Assembly (NCBI GenBank): GCA_043803405.1
Contig: JAZDKB010000019.1
Span: 288,001-352,000 of the forward strand
DNA: 64,000 nt
Origin: Spirochaetota bacterium
GTDB lineage: Bacteria; Spirochaetota; UBA4802; JAFGDQ01
Direction of reading: 5' to 3'
Below, piece by piece: positions 19,057 through 29,302 of the stretch. The notes under the pieces were generated by a model, which searched no databases, was not told where the DNA came from, and saw only the letters and a list, made by a program, of their open reading frames with translations. The position numbers were made by a program, and so were the translations under genes. Numbering within the stretch: position 1 is the first letter of the stretch; every line of letters starts with the position of its first letter.

Positions 19057-20454
19057 ATGAATCAAAATAAAAAATTATGGGGCGGCAGATTCAGCGAGCC
19101 AACATCAAATATAACAGAGAATATTTCTTCTTCTATACATTTTGATGTAAGATTATATAAACAGGATATTGCCGGTTCCATTGCTCACGCAAAAATGCTG
19201 AACAGGATTGGCGTATTATCTGAGAGCGAACTTCTTGGCATTATTAGCGGACTCAAACAAATATTAAATGAGATCGAATCGGGTTCATTTGAATTTAAAG
19301 CATCTCTTGAAGATATTCACATGAATATCGAATCAAAGTTGACGGAACGGATAGGGGAAGCCGGTAAAAAGCTTCATACCGCAAGGTCGCGAAATGATCA
19401 GATAGCACTTGATCTGCGTTTGTATATACTGGACGAATCTCTTGAAATAGAAAATAAGCTGAAAAGTCTTATAGAGCTTTTAACCGATATTGCTGAAAAG
19501 AATATCGGGGTTATTCTCCCCGGCTATACGCATCTCCAGGTTGCCCAGCCTGTGAGGTTAAGCCATCACATCCTCGTTTATGCATGGCAATTGCTGCGGG
19601 ACATGAGAAGGCTTAAGTATGCTGCCGAAGCCTGCGATGCTATGCCGCTAGGCACAGGCGCGCTTGCCGGAGTGAACTATAAAAACGACCGGGAATTTTT
19701 AAAAAGCGAGCTTGGTTTTTCGGAAATTACCCAAAACTCCATGGATACGGTCAGCGACAGGGACTTTGTTCTTGACTTTTTATATTTTGCTGCTGTTTTA
19801 GGTACGCATTTTTCGCGGCTTTGCGAGGAGCTTGTTCTATGGTCGACTTCCGAGTTTGCTTTTATACGGCTTTCGGATAAAGTTACCACAGGCTCATCAA
19901 TTATGCCTCAGAAAAGAAATCCGGATGTTGCTGAGCTTGTCAGAGGCAAAAGCGGCAGGCTATACGGCAATTTGATGAGTCTGCTTACAACGCTAAAGGG
20001 ATTGCCTTTGACATATAACAGGGATTTGCAGGAAGATAAAGAGCCGTTATTCGATTCCGTTGATACAATTAAGCTCTGTATAGAGGGCGTTTACGAAATG
20101 CTGTCTTCAGTAAAGATAAACGATGAGCGTATGAAGGATGCGCTTTACAGCAATTTCTCCACTGCAACGGACGCTGCCGATTATCTTGTGAAGAAGGGTG
20201 TGCCCTTTAGGGAATCGCATGAAATTGTCGGCAATATTGTGAATTATTGTGAAAAGAACAAGACCGGATTTTTTAATATTCCCGCTGAAATTTTAAAGAA
20301 TTTTTCGCCGCAATTTAGCGAAGATATTAAAGAAATTCTGAATCCGGTGACTTCTACTGAGAGAAAAGAGTCGGCAGGCGGAACATCGACAAAAGAAATA
20401 CAGAAGCAAATCGGACTAATAAAAAAACTTCTCCGGGAGAATTTATTTGGATGA
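19057..20454 (+). CDS. argH: Argininosuccinate lyase
   Basis: LWGGRF, HTARSRNDQ, PGYTHLQ, GSSIMPQKRNPD, YNRDLQEDKE motifs. Confidence 0.98.
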   Translation: MNQNKKLWGGRFSEPTSNITENISSSIHFDVRLYKQDIAGSIAHAKMLNRIGVLSESELLGIISGLKQILNEIESGSFEFKASLEDIHMNIESKLTERIGEAGKKLHTARSRNDQIALDLRLYILDESLEIENKLKSLIELLTDIAEKNIGVILPGYTHLQVAQPVRLSHHILVYAWQLLRDMRRLKYAAEACDAMPLGTGALAGVNYKNDREFLKSELGFSEITQNSMDTVSDRDFVLDFLYFAAVLGTHFSRLCEELVLWSTSEFAFIRLSDKVTTGSSIMPQKRNPDVAELVRGKSGRLYGNLMSLLTTLKGLPLTYNRDLQEDKEPLFDSVDTIKLCIEGVYEMLSSVKINDERMKDALYSNFSTATDAADYLVKKGVPFRESHEIVGNIVNYCEKNKTGFFNIPAEILKNFSPQFSEDIKEILNPVTSTERKESAGGTSTKEIQKQIGLIKKLLRENLFG

Positions 20455-21142
20455 GTTATTAAAAGAATTTAGTATTTTTTCGCCATTGATAGTTCTGGTA
20501 AGGCTTCTTTTCGCAACCTTTGCAGGATTTTTAATTGGCCTTGACAGGGAAAGGCACAGTCAGCCTGCTGGGTTGCGTACTCATATGGTTATTTCTCTGG
20601 GCGCCTGCCTGCTGATGATAATTTCTATTTACATCCCTATCGAATATAATCAGAAAGGATTCAATTCGGATCCAACAAGGCTTGCTGCGCAGGTCATCAG
20701 CGGAATCGGATTTCTGGGAGCAGGAGCGATTTTTAAGTTCGGGTTTAATGTAAAGGGGCTAACAACAGCAGCTTCTATATGGACTACTTCGGGTATAGGG
20801 CTTTGCTTCGGAGCAGGGTATTATTTACTTGGAGGCATATCCACAGCTTTTCTTATTATTATTTTATATGTATTCGATAAACTTGAAGATTTAATCATTG
20901 AACGCCGTAACTGGCGTGTAATTACAGTGGATTTTAATTCAAAAATATTATCTGGCTCGGATATTTTTTCCGTTATAAGAGATTTCGGGATCAGTGTTAA
21001 ACAGCCTTCAATAATAGAAAATCTGGAAACCAAATCTACCGAAGTAATAATTAACTGCAGGATAGAGGAAGATTTCCAGATCAAGGCATTATTTGACAGA
21101 ATAAAATCCTTAGGAAATATTAAAACAGTTAAAATTGATTAA
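20447..21142 (+). CDS. MgtC/SapB family membrane protein
   Basis: AGLRTH, DPTRLAAQVISGIGFLGAG, GLTTAASIW motifs; TTG start overlapping argH stop. Confidence 0.93.
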   Translation: MDELLKEFSIFSPLIVLVRLLFATFAGFLIGLDRERHSQPAGLRTHMVISLGACLLMIISIYIPIEYNQKGFNSDPTRLAAQVISGIGFLGAGAIFKFGFNVKGLTTAASIWTTSGIGLCFGAGYYLLGGISTAFLIIILYVFDKLEDLIIERRNWRVITVDFNSKILSGSDIFSVIRDFGISVKQPSIIENLETKSTEVIINCRIEEDFQIKALFDRIKSLGNIKTVKID

Positions 21143-21169
21143 AAATAAATTCCTGCTTGTTGAATCCGG

Positions 21170-22804
21170 TTATTCCTTTATCTTATAAATTTTTATTTTC
21201 TGTATCTCATCCGTAAAATAATAATTATCTTTAATATATTTTTCAATTTTCGGAGTTGGTTTATAATGAAACGTTGAAAGACCGTTTCCAGAAGTGTCTG
21301 CAAAAAGCACAGGCTTTTTTAAGCGCATATTATTAATAAAATCATTTTCCATTGCTTCTGCATTTTTTATTGAATCATTGTCTGCTTTATCGTAAAGACT
21401 GCTGATAACAAATATAGTCGTCTTTGGCCACAAATGGTTGATTCCCATTCTCCTCCCGGAAAAGTAATATAAATATGGTCCGTCGCCCCATACGAAAATT
21501 CTGTCTCCGGGCTTTGTAATAGTGCGGATGTATGCGCAGGCGTCTTTGTAGGATGCTTCCGGAAGAAGATAATCGTTGAATGTGCCGATGAGCGCAGCAC
21601 GCATCCAGTACATCGTTCTCCCTTCGTTGTAAAATGCCTGCTGAAAATAATGTTTAATGAGAATATCTTTTGTGTTCCATGCGATAAAAAAAACTGTCGG
21701 AATTAAAATTAGTATTGTGATTTTATCTTTAATTTTTTTTATTGCAGGAAAATTCACTTCATTAAGCGAATAAGCGCCTGTAATGCACAGGGCAGGGTAG
21801 ACTGATATAAAGTAATGAAAATATAATCTTGATCCGCCTGCGAATATCAGTAAATAGGTAATTATAAATAATACTGCGGAAGCAGAAACAAGGAGGGATT
21901 CATTTCTAAATTTATTTTTAATGAACAGAAATAGAAATACGAATGCCGATATCCACACCGCGAAGTGCCATAATGAAAGCATGAGCTGCCTGTGGATATA
22001 TTTTGCAGAAAAGACAAGCGGACTAAAGCCCTGTACCGAGCTGTATGTTAACTTGCCTGCGGCATCTGTTAAAAGTCTTTGCGCAAAGATGTGCGTTACG
22101 AAATAATCCAGAACTGAAAGTGAGATAAGTGCTGCAATGACCGATAACAATGCAGAGAAATATTTTAGCGTAAATTTCTTTTTATAATACGGCACGTAAA
22201 TTATAAGCATAAATGCCATGAAAATAAAAAATATAAGGCCGTGGAATTTTACATAAGCAGCGCAAACGCCCATTACCGTACTTAGACAAAGAAATATAAA
22301 TCGTTTCCCTGTTTTATATTGTTCATCAAGAAACAGAATAAAGAAATAGAATCCTGCTGAAACCGGAAGATTGTAAACGATTTCGCCGTTTGTAGCCATG
22401 AAATGCCGGTTGAATGAAGAGATTAAGACAGCATAAAGCAGGGAAGCCAGCGCTCCTGTTTTAAAGCCGTTTATTTTATCGCCTGTTGAATAAATAAAAA
22501 TTGCTGTTAAGAAGATAATGAAAACAGTAAACACGTGCACAAGCACCCAGCCGTTTTGCGGCATTAAAAAATAAGCTGCTTTAAAGATCGCGTGGTAAAG
22601 CGGGAGTTTGCTCTCGGTAAAATCTTTTCCAGGGACATCGCCTGCCATGTATTCGTGGGTCTGTACAATAGCTGCCAGCTCGTCTACGTCATAGAAGTCG
22701 TTAAATAGTGTGGGCAGACGGCATAACAAGGTTGCTGCAAAAAGAATCAGCAGAAATAGATATTTTTTCTGCTCGAGCTTATTGATGAATGTTAACAGAT
22801 GCAT
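21170..22804 (-). CDS. GT-C fold membrane glycosyltransferase (ArnT/GT39-like)
   Basis: DVDE after first TM, KLPLY, many TM segments, YFHYF, IFVWG motifs. Confidence 0.8.
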   Translation of the reverse strand: MHLLTFINKLEQKKYLFLLILFAATLLCRLPTLFNDFYDVDELAAIVQTHEYMAGDVPGKDFTESKLPLYHAIFKAAYFLMPQNGWVLVHVFTVFIIFLTAIFIYSTGDKINGFKTGALASLLYAVLISSFNRHFMATNGEIVYNLPVSAGFYFFILFLDEQYKTGKRFIFLCLSTVMGVCAAYVKFHGLIFFIFMAFMLIIYVPYYKKKFTLKYFSALLSVIAALISLSVLDYFVTHIFAQRLLTDAAGKLTYSSVQGFSPLVFSAKYIHRQLMLSLWHFAVWISAFVFLFLFIKNKFRNESLLVSASAVLFIITYLLIFAGGSRLYFHYFISVYPALCITGAYSLNEVNFPAIKKIKDKITILILIPTVFFIAWNTKDILIKHYFQQAFYNEGRTMYWMRAALIGTFNDYLLPEASYKDACAYIRTITKPGDRIFVWGDGPYLYYFSGRRMGINHLWPKTTIFVISSLYDKADNDSIKNAEAMENDFINNMRLKKPVLFADTSGNGLSTFHYKPTPKIEKYIKDNYYFTDEIQKIKIYKIKE

Positions 22805-22925
22805 ATTTATTTGTGCCTTTTTGCTGATCTTTGCATTGTTTGTGGCCTTTATGTTAATTTGAAATAAAGAATAAAAAGTATATTTGTTTGCCGGAGCTGA
22901 ATTATAAGCCTGTTACACTGTGCTT

Positions 22926-23615
22926 CTATATTGCTTTTCCCGCGATAAATTCCGCCAGCTCAAGATCGAATGCATTTGTAATTTTAATATTGCGTGAATC
23001 GCCTTCAACGATCTTAACTTTAAATCCGGCGTTCAGGACAAGCTGCACATCATCGGTCGGATTGTGAAGGCCGTTAGAAATCGCGAGTTCATGAGCTTTT
23101 TTAATAATGTTGTAACGAAAGGCCTGCGGTGTCTGCGTATAGTATAGTTTATCGCGGTCTGGAATATACCGAACAAAGCCTTCGTTTATCTTAGCAATTG
23201 TATCGGTTGCTTTCAGATAAACACCAGAAGCGCCGTGTGCATCGGCTTCTTTAATGCATAGTTCTATTGTTTGTGTTTCGATAAAAGGCCTTGCTGCATC
23301 ATGAAAGACAAGGATGTCGTCATTATGAAAGTCCATGCATGTAATTGCGTTGTACGAAGAGCCCTGTCTTGTTTCTCCGCCCTTGATTATTTTTATGATA
23401 TTTTGAACCGCAAATTCTTTAATTAACTTGCCGGTATAATCGATAAAATCTTCCGGCACTGTAATTATTATACCCGTTATTTGCGGCAGAACAAATCTTT
23501 CGATAGTACGAATAATGACGGGTTTATTTTTTATTTTTATAAATTGCTTTGGAGTATCCTGCCCCATGCGTTTCCCGATGCCGCCCGCCAGGATTATTGC
23601 ATAAATATTTGACAT
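22926..23615 (-). CDS. ispD: 2-C-methyl-D-erythritol 4-phosphate cytidylyltransferase (IspD/TarI family)
   Basis: LAGGIGKRMG, PKQF, GGETRQ, HDAARPF, QTPQAF, TDD, NIKIT motifs. Confidence 0.88.
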   Translation of the reverse strand: MSNIYAIILAGGIGKRMGQDTPKQFIKIKNKPVIIRTIERFVLPQITGIIITVPEDFIDYTGKLIKEFAVQNIIKIIKGGETRQGSSYNAITCMDFHNDDILVFHDAARPFIETQTIELCIKEADAHGASGVYLKATDTIAKINEGFVRYIPDRDKLYYTQTPQAFRYNIIKKAHELAISNGLHNPTDDVQLVLNAGFKVKIVEGDSRNIKITNAFDLELAEFIAGKAI

Positions 23616-23673
23616 TTACTTAACCATGAACTTTTATATCATAATTAAATACAGATAATATATTTGCAGTTTT

Positions 23674-24504
23674 TTATTTCCAGGTGATCCTGGGTTTTCT
23701 GCGCTGAGGCAAACGATAGTAACGTGGGACAGGGTATCCCAGCATCATCGGGTAATGATGTATGCGGTCTTCTGCAAGCCCGAGCGATTTGAAAGCAGAC
23801 GGCCAGTTCTTAAGAGCATTCTCAAGCAGGCCTGCCCAGCATGTGCCCAGTCCGAACAATGGAGCCGATAACTCCAGATAAGATAAAGCAAGCGATATAT
23901 CCACCATTCCGTAGACTACATCTTTCGGCGCTGATATTATAATCAGAGCAGGTGCATCCCTGAGAATCATGTCTTTCCCTGCTTCCCATGCTTCAACGAT
24001 GAGAGGATAATATGGCGCGCTCGGCACCCCGTTATGTTTTTTTATGTCGTCGCGTATCCAGTCTACTGCAAATCCGGACAAAGCCTTCATTTCGGCCTTA
24101 TCCGTGTAAACCAGCCATTCCAGGCGCTGCGCATTCCTTGCTGTCGGTGCGTATTTTGCAATCTCGATCAGCTGCTCTATTTTTTCTTTCTCCACAGCTT
24201 TGTCTTTAAAACGTCTAATGGAGCGTCTTGACCTTAGGAATTGTATTGCCTGATCTTTGTTTATAGCAAGTTTATCGTCGATTAAAGGAGACTCTTCTAT
24301 AGGGACATTCGTATGGCTGATTGCATCATGGGGACACACTGCGACGCAATGTCCGCATGAATTGCATATTTTTTCAGCATTGGGTATCAGCTTCGGATAA
24401 CCGTTCTCCTTATCCGTTTCAATCAAGTTGAATGGGCATTCGTCAATGCAAAGCATGTCTTTTTTACATTTTGTCCGGTCAATGATCAGATAATCTTCTT
24501 TCAT
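23674..24504 (-). CDS. Nitroreductase family protein with N-terminal 4Fe-4S domain
   Basis: CKKDMLCIDECP and CNSCGHCVAVCP; RRSIRRF, APTARN, GLGTCWAG motifs. Confidence 0.92.
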   Translation of the reverse strand: MKEDYLIIDRTKCKKDMLCIDECPFNLIETDKENGYPKLIPNAEKICNSCGHCVAVCPHDAISHTNVPIEESPLIDDKLAINKDQAIQFLRSRRSIRRFKDKAVEKEKIEQLIEIAKYAPTARNAQRLEWLVYTDKAEMKALSGFAVDWIRDDIKKHNGVPSAPYYPLIVEAWEAGKDMILRDAPALIIISAPKDVVYGMVDISLALSYLELSAPLFGLGTCWAGLLENALKNWPSAFKSLGLAEDRIHHYPMMLGYPVPRYYRLPQRRKPRITWK

Positions 24505-24636
24505 TTTGTTAATAGCATATAAAGTGAACTGGAAATAATAAAAAATTAAACAGACTAAATACTAATTCAATATTAAAATATTATTGTGAATTATATTAAA
24601 ACTAGTCAAGGAGTAATTAAACGCAATTGAAATATT

Positions 24637-24842
24637 TAGAACTCATCTCGAAAATATATTCCTACACAAGATAGCTGATTTTAAATTGAAATACATAACA
24701 AAATTTTCTGCGGAATCAGGCCTTCAAAGAAAATTTTTCAAGTTTTTAAGGGTTATTGCTTCAGGCCTGAAAGGCGTCCTCAAAAATTTGGTTATGTATT
24801 TCAATATATCATATATAAAACTTAATTTTGAGATGAATTCTA
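24637..24842. repeat. ~205 bp nested palindromic element
   Basis: Three nested inverted repeat pairs: tagaactcatctc/gagatgaattcta, ttgaaatacataacaaaattt/aaatttggttatgtatttcaa, tcaggcct/aggcctga. Confidence 0.7.
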
Positions 24843-24983
24843 ATCCATTAAGTCTATAAATATTATTACTGCAGGTTTGCATAGCGGATAATTTCTTCTA
24901 AAAAATCGCTTTACTATTGAACATGTATAAATAATTTATAACAATACATTATTAAACAAAATATTTTCAAGGAAAATTAAATT

Positions 24984-25856
24984 ATGAAGGGAATAATTCT
25001 GGCCGGGGGCGCAGGCACAAGGCTTTATCCGATAACACATGTTGTCTGCAAACAGCTTCTTCCTGTGTATGATAAACCTATGATATATTATCCGCTGTCG
25101 ACTCTTATGCTGGCAGGCATCAGGGATATACTTATTATTTCAACTCCTGAAGACCTTCCGAAGATAAAAAATCTGCTGGGGAACGGGAGCAATCTTGGAC
25201 TTTCTCTGCATTATAAGGTTCAGGAAGTCCCGCGCGGTCTTGCGGACGCGTTTATTGTAGGCGAGGAATTTGCCGGCAATGACAAAATTTGCCTTATACT
25301 CGGCGATAACATATTCTACGGCCACGGCCTGCCGGAGATTATGAAGGAAGCGGGTTCGCACGAAAAAGGAGCAACTGTTTTCGGGTATTATGTGAGCGAC
25401 CCTGAGAGATACGGAGTTGTGGATTTTGATGACAAGGGCAATGTGCTTTCGCTTGAAGAGAAGCCTGCGACACCGAAATCCAATTATGCTGTTGTTGGTT
25501 TATATTTTTACGACAATACTGTTGTCCGGAAAGCGAAAGCTTTAAAGCCTTCAAAAAGAGGGGAGATTGAGATAACGGATTTAAACAATGTGTATTTGAA
25601 GGAAAATCAGCTTCGCGTAAAACTTATGGGACGCGGATTTGCCTGGCTCGATACTGGCACTCATTCATCCATGATAGATGCTGCTTTATATGTTAAGACA
25701 ATCGAGGACAGGCAGGGACTTAAGATTTCGTGTATTGAAGAGATCGCGTATACTATGGGATTTATTGATGCCGACCAGCTGAGAAAAATAGCGGAACCTT
25801 TAAGAAAGTCCGGATACGGCGAATATCTTTTGAAAATACTGGAGATGAAAAAGTAA
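24984..25856 (+). CDS. rfbA: Glucose-1-phosphate thymidylyltransferase
   Basis: [52 protein letters not shown] motifs. Confidence 0.98.
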   Translation: MKGIILAGGAGTRLYPITHVVCKQLLPVYDKPMIYYPLSTLMLAGIRDILIISTPEDLPKIKNLLGNGSNLGLSLHYKVQEVPRGLADAFIVGEEFAGNDKICLILGDNIFYGHGLPEIMKEAGSHEKGATVFGYYVSDPERYGVVDFDDKGNVLSLEEKPATPKSNYAVVGLYFYDNTVVRKAKALKPSKRGEIEITDLNNVYLKENQLRVKLMGRGFAWLDTGTHSSMIDAALYVKTIEDRQGLKISCIEEIAYTMGFIDADQLRKIAEPLRKSGYGEYLLKILEMKK

Positions 25857-26405
25857 ATGCCGTTTAATTTTATTAAACAGAATATTAGCGGCCTTGTGCT
25901 GGTTGAGCCTAAAGTGTTTGCCGATGAGAGGGGCTTTTTTGTTGAGTCGTACAAAAGGTCCGAGTTTGCAGCCAACGGTATAGACAGCAGCTTTTTACAG
26001 GATAATCATTCGCTTTCAAAAAAGAATGTGTTACGCGGTCTGCATTATCAGCACAGCCCGCATGCGCAAGGCAAGCTTGTTAAGGTTATTAAGGGTGCTG
26101 TGTGGGATGTTGCCGTAGATATTCGCAGGAGTTCGCCGACATTCTTAAAGTGGCTGGCTTATGAGCTTTCGGAGGATAACAGGAGCATGCTTTACATTCC
26201 CCCGGGCTTTGCGCACGGCTTCCTGGCGCTCACGGACGATGTGCATCTTACATATAAATGCACAGAGGAATACGATATGAAGCTCGACGCTGGCATCCGC
26301 TGGGATGATCCGGACATTGCAGTAAAATGGCCGGTTGCCAGACCGGTCGTTTCTGCAAAGGACGCGGTTCTGCCTTTGCTTAAGGATGCAAAGGTTTTTG
26401 ACTGA
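25857..26405 (+). CDS. rfbC: dTDP-4-dehydrorhamnose 3,5-epimerase
   Basis: DERGFF, QDNHS, RGLHYQ, DVAVDIR, GFAHGF motifs. Confidence 0.97.
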   Translation: MPFNFIKQNISGLVLVEPKVFADERGFFVESYKRSEFAANGIDSSFLQDNHSLSKKNVLRGLHYQHSPHAQGKLVKVIKGAVWDVAVDIRRSSPTFLKWLAYELSEDNRSMLYIPPGFAHGFLALTDDVHLTYKCTEEYDMKLDAGIRWDDPDIAVKWPVARPVVSAKDAVLPLLKDAKVFD

Positions 26406-26427
26406 AGGCAGGGGATTTATAAAATCC

Positions 26428-26456
26428 TTGCGTTATATTTAAATATGTTATATAAT
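26428..26456 (+). promoter_or_regulatory. Sigma-70 type promoter
   Basis: TTGCGT-N17-TATAAT upstream of the small ORF at 26543. Confidence 0.6.
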
Positions 26457-26542
26457 CCGGTCAACATGCCTGCTACACTATTTAAAGAATATGTATAATC
26501 ACAACACATTATTTTAATCAATAGAGCCAAGGGGTTATACTC

Positions 26543-26704
26543 ATGAGAGCAATAAAAAAAGTTACGTACGTTCAAAACAGCACTCTTATAATTGACGGCC
26601 TGGATTCGCTAAATTATAAAGAAGTTGAAGTTATAATAGTGCCTTTAACTGATAAAGAACCCGTAATAAATACGGGAAACAGTTTTCCTTCTCGCAGAAA
26701 ATAA
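26543..26704 (+). CDS. Small hypothetical protein (53 aa), not in the ORF track
   Basis: MRAIKKVTYVQNSTLIIDGLDSLNYKEVEVIIVPLTDK...; aagggg RBS and upstream promoter. Confidence 0.55.
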   Translation: MRAIKKVTYVQNSTLIIDGLDSLNYKEVEVIIVPLTDKEPVINTGNSFPSRRK

Positions 26705-26867
26705 TATGTTTAAATCTTTTTCTCTATCTTCCTGAAATTAGATTTTTTTAAAAAAAACATATAAAATTCAATTGACTTTTTAAATGCCTTTTACCGAAGC
26801 TAGTATTTATCGTCCTCCATGCTAATTGATGGAGAATTATATATAATTAATAAGAGAGGGAATAATA

Positions 26868-28025
26868 ATGGATTTTTCATTAACAGAAGAACAACAAATG
26901 CTGCAAGACATGGCGCGTAAATTCGCAAAAAACGAAATCGCTCCATTTGTCGAAGAGGATGAAGAGAATCATTTCTATCGCAGGGAAATCCTTACCAAGA
27001 TGGGGGAACTTGGACTATTGGGATTCAACATTCCTGAAGAATACGGCGGAAACGGAATGGGATGGATGGAAGGAGTTATAGCCCTTTACGAAATCTCCAA
27101 AGTTCACACATCATGGAGACTCAGTGTCAGCGGCAATACATGGGGACCGGCTCTCACCATTAATCAGTATGGCACCAAAGAGCAGAAAGAAAAATATATT
27201 CCAAAACTAGTAAGCGGCGAAGCAGTTGGAAGTTTTGCAATTACCGAAGCCGACACTGGTTCAGACGTTGCCAGCATGAAGACTTTCGCAGAAGATAAAG
27301 GCGACCACTTTGTAATAAACGGCTCCAAAATGTGGATATCCGGCGGTCACACATGCGATTACGGACTGCTTTATGCTGTAACAACAAAAGGCGCTGGAGT
27401 TAAAGGTTTATCCGCTTTTGTAATTGATTACAACAATACTAAGGGCATTACTAGGATTCCGATCACTAAAAAAGTAGGCATGTGGCCGGCTCCAACTTCA
27501 GAATTAGTTTTTGAAAATGCCATAGTTCCCAAAGAAAACCTATTGGGACCCCTGAACCAGGGTTTCTTTGTATGCATGTGGCAGTTAAACAACACCCGTA
27601 TGGGCTGCGCAACCGGCGGAGCCTCACTCTCAGCAGCAGCTCTTGAAGGCGCGGTTCAGTACGCAAACGATCGTAAGCAATTCGGTCAGCCTATTGGCAA
27701 ATTCCAGATGGTTCAGGCACAGATAGCTGAAATGAAACTGGAAGATGAAGCAGCTAAATTCATGCTTTATCACGCAGCATGGCTGAAAGATAATAAACTG
27801 CCGAGCCAGCAGGCCACTTCGATGTCAAAGCTGTTCAGTTGCCAGGCCGCTGTTCATGGTGCCAATCTGGCCATGAAGATTTACGGTTCTTACGGCTATT
27901 CAACTGAATATCCCTGCGGAAGATGGCTGCGCGATGCAAAACAGTTTGAAACCCTTGAAGGGACATCAAACATCCATATGGGAATTGTTGCTAATATTGA
28001 ACTTGGATTTCAGCCTAATCGTTAG
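26868..28025 (+). CDS. Acyl-CoA dehydrogenase, resembling non-decarboxylating glutaryl-CoA dehydrogenase
   Basis: IPEEYGG, FAITEADTGSD, NGSKMWIS, RKQFGQPIG, GSYGYSTEYP, EGTSNI motifs. Confidence 0.92.
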   Translation: MDFSLTEEQQMLQDMARKFAKNEIAPFVEEDEENHFYRREILTKMGELGLLGFNIPEEYGGNGMGWMEGVIALYEISKVHTSWRLSVSGNTWGPALTINQYGTKEQKEKYIPKLVSGEAVGSFAITEADTGSDVASMKTFAEDKGDHFVINGSKMWISGGHTCDYGLLYAVTTKGAGVKGLSAFVIDYNNTKGITRIPITKKVGMWPAPTSELVFENAIVPKENLLGPLNQGFFVCMWQLNNTRMGCATGGASLSAAALEGAVQYANDRKQFGQPIGKFQMVQAQIAEMKLEDEAAKFMLYHAAWLKDNKLPSQQATSMSKLFSCQAAVHGANLAMKIYGSYGYSTEYPCGRWLRDAKQFETLEGTSNIHMGIVANIELGFQPNR

Positions 28026-28097
28026 TATAAGCAGTCTTTATGCTGCGTTTTTATAATTCAGCATATTGCAATATAATCAGGTAAGTTTTTGCTTCGG

Positions 28098-28133
28098 ATA
28101 CCCCGACAATGCTGTCGGGGTATTTTGTTTTTT
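28098..28133 (+). terminator. Intrinsic terminator after acyl-CoA dehydrogenase
   Basis: ataccccgaca / tgtcggggtat stem followed by T-rich tail. Confidence 0.8.
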
Positions 28134-28188
28134 ATGCATGATATGCTTTTTTTACTTGCTGATTTTTCCACAAAGTCAATGTTATGCT

Positions 28189-29190
28189 ATGCTGCCTGCT
28201 TCTTTCCCATATTGTTTTGCGCCAATGGATAATCTGAGCAACCCTGTGCTCAGAAATTTGATTGCCGCTACACTGCCGACCGGAACGCAGATGGCCTTTT
28301 TTAGCCCTGCAATTAATCCCAATTCAGTCCTGAGCAAAAGACCCAATTTGAAAGAAAATCTGCCGATTAATCCGGGTGAAATTCTATATTACAACATGAT
28401 GCACGGCGACCCGGATATTATACTTGCCGGAATGGAAAAAATGCTCGAGCTAAATCCCGCTGGATTTAACCTGAACTGCGGCTGTCCAAGGTCAAAAATC
28501 CAGAAAAAAGGGAAGTGTCCCATAGGCGTTGCACTGATGGATCATCCTGCGCAGGTCGCAGCTATTGTAAAGGCAGCGAAAAAGACATTCCCGTCTGTTC
28601 ATTTCAGCATCAAGATCAGGGCCGGCGTGCGGCACAACCTGCCGGCGCTCTATGACTTTTGCAGGCAGGCTGAAGATGCCGGATGCGACGCAATTATTTT
28701 TCATGCCCGTTCCGCTGAAGACCAGTTCAAAAGGCCTGCACGGCACACCATGTTCGGCGAGTTGAAGCAGCGTCTGGGCGTTCCGCTGATAGGTAACGGA
28801 GATATTATTACGGATGAACAGGCTGTTGCTGTGAAAGAGAAATACGGGCTTGATGGCGTAATGATAGGCAGGGGCGCTCTGCTTACTCCAGGCATATTCC
28901 GGGCAATTGCATACAGGCTGGCCGGAAAACCGCTTAGCCATCCTGTCATGTCGTGGACAGAAAAAAGGGATTTCCTGATGTGGTTTGTTCAGGCTACGGA
29001 AATTAAATTCGGAACAGCCGTTATGCTTCGCAGAACCAGGCTGTTTGCCCGCTGGCTGTGTCAGGGCCTGGAATCCGGGCTAGCGCTTGACGGCAATCTC
29101 CACAAAGCAAAAACTTTGGAAGATACGCTTGCAACAATTAATAAATTTTTTGAAAAGCCCAGAAGGCAGTACACAGATGTGATTTTATAA
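28189..29190 (+). CDS. tRNA-dihydrouridine synthase family protein
   Basis: FAPM, NLNCGCP, KIRAG, HAR, IGNGDI, VMIGRGA motifs; ATG 28189 preferred over upstream TTG. Confidence 0.9.
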   Translation: MLPASFPYCFAPMDNLSNPVLRNLIAATLPTGTQMAFFSPAINPNSVLSKRPNLKENLPINPGEILYYNMMHGDPDIILAGMEKMLELNPAGFNLNCGCPRSKIQKKGKCPIGVALMDHPAQVAAIVKAAKKTFPSVHFSIKIRAGVRHNLPALYDFCRQAEDAGCDAIIFHARSAEDQFKRPARHTMFGELKQRLGVPLIGNGDIITDEQAVAVKEKYGLDGVMIGRGALLTPGIFRAIAYRLAGKPLSHPVMSWTEKRDFLMWFVQATEIKFGTAVMLRRTRLFARWLCQGLESGLALDGNLHKAKTLEDTLATINKFFEKPRRQYTDVIL

Positions 29191-29302
29191 TCCTTCCATA
29201 ATTATTTTTCAGCAGGATTGTTTTTTTGCTATAATAAAAATATTAATCTGTGCATTCTTTCCGGACATTGCATGCAGAACTTCATCAAAATATATAATAT
29301 AC

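Noticed and set aside
24984..26405. rfbA-rfbC without rfbB/rfbD as a novel pathway
   Set aside because: Split rml gene sets are common; partners are probably elsewhere in the genome
28066..28188. N-terminal extension of the Dus protein
   Set aside because: Runs through the upstream terminator; family similarity starts near 28189
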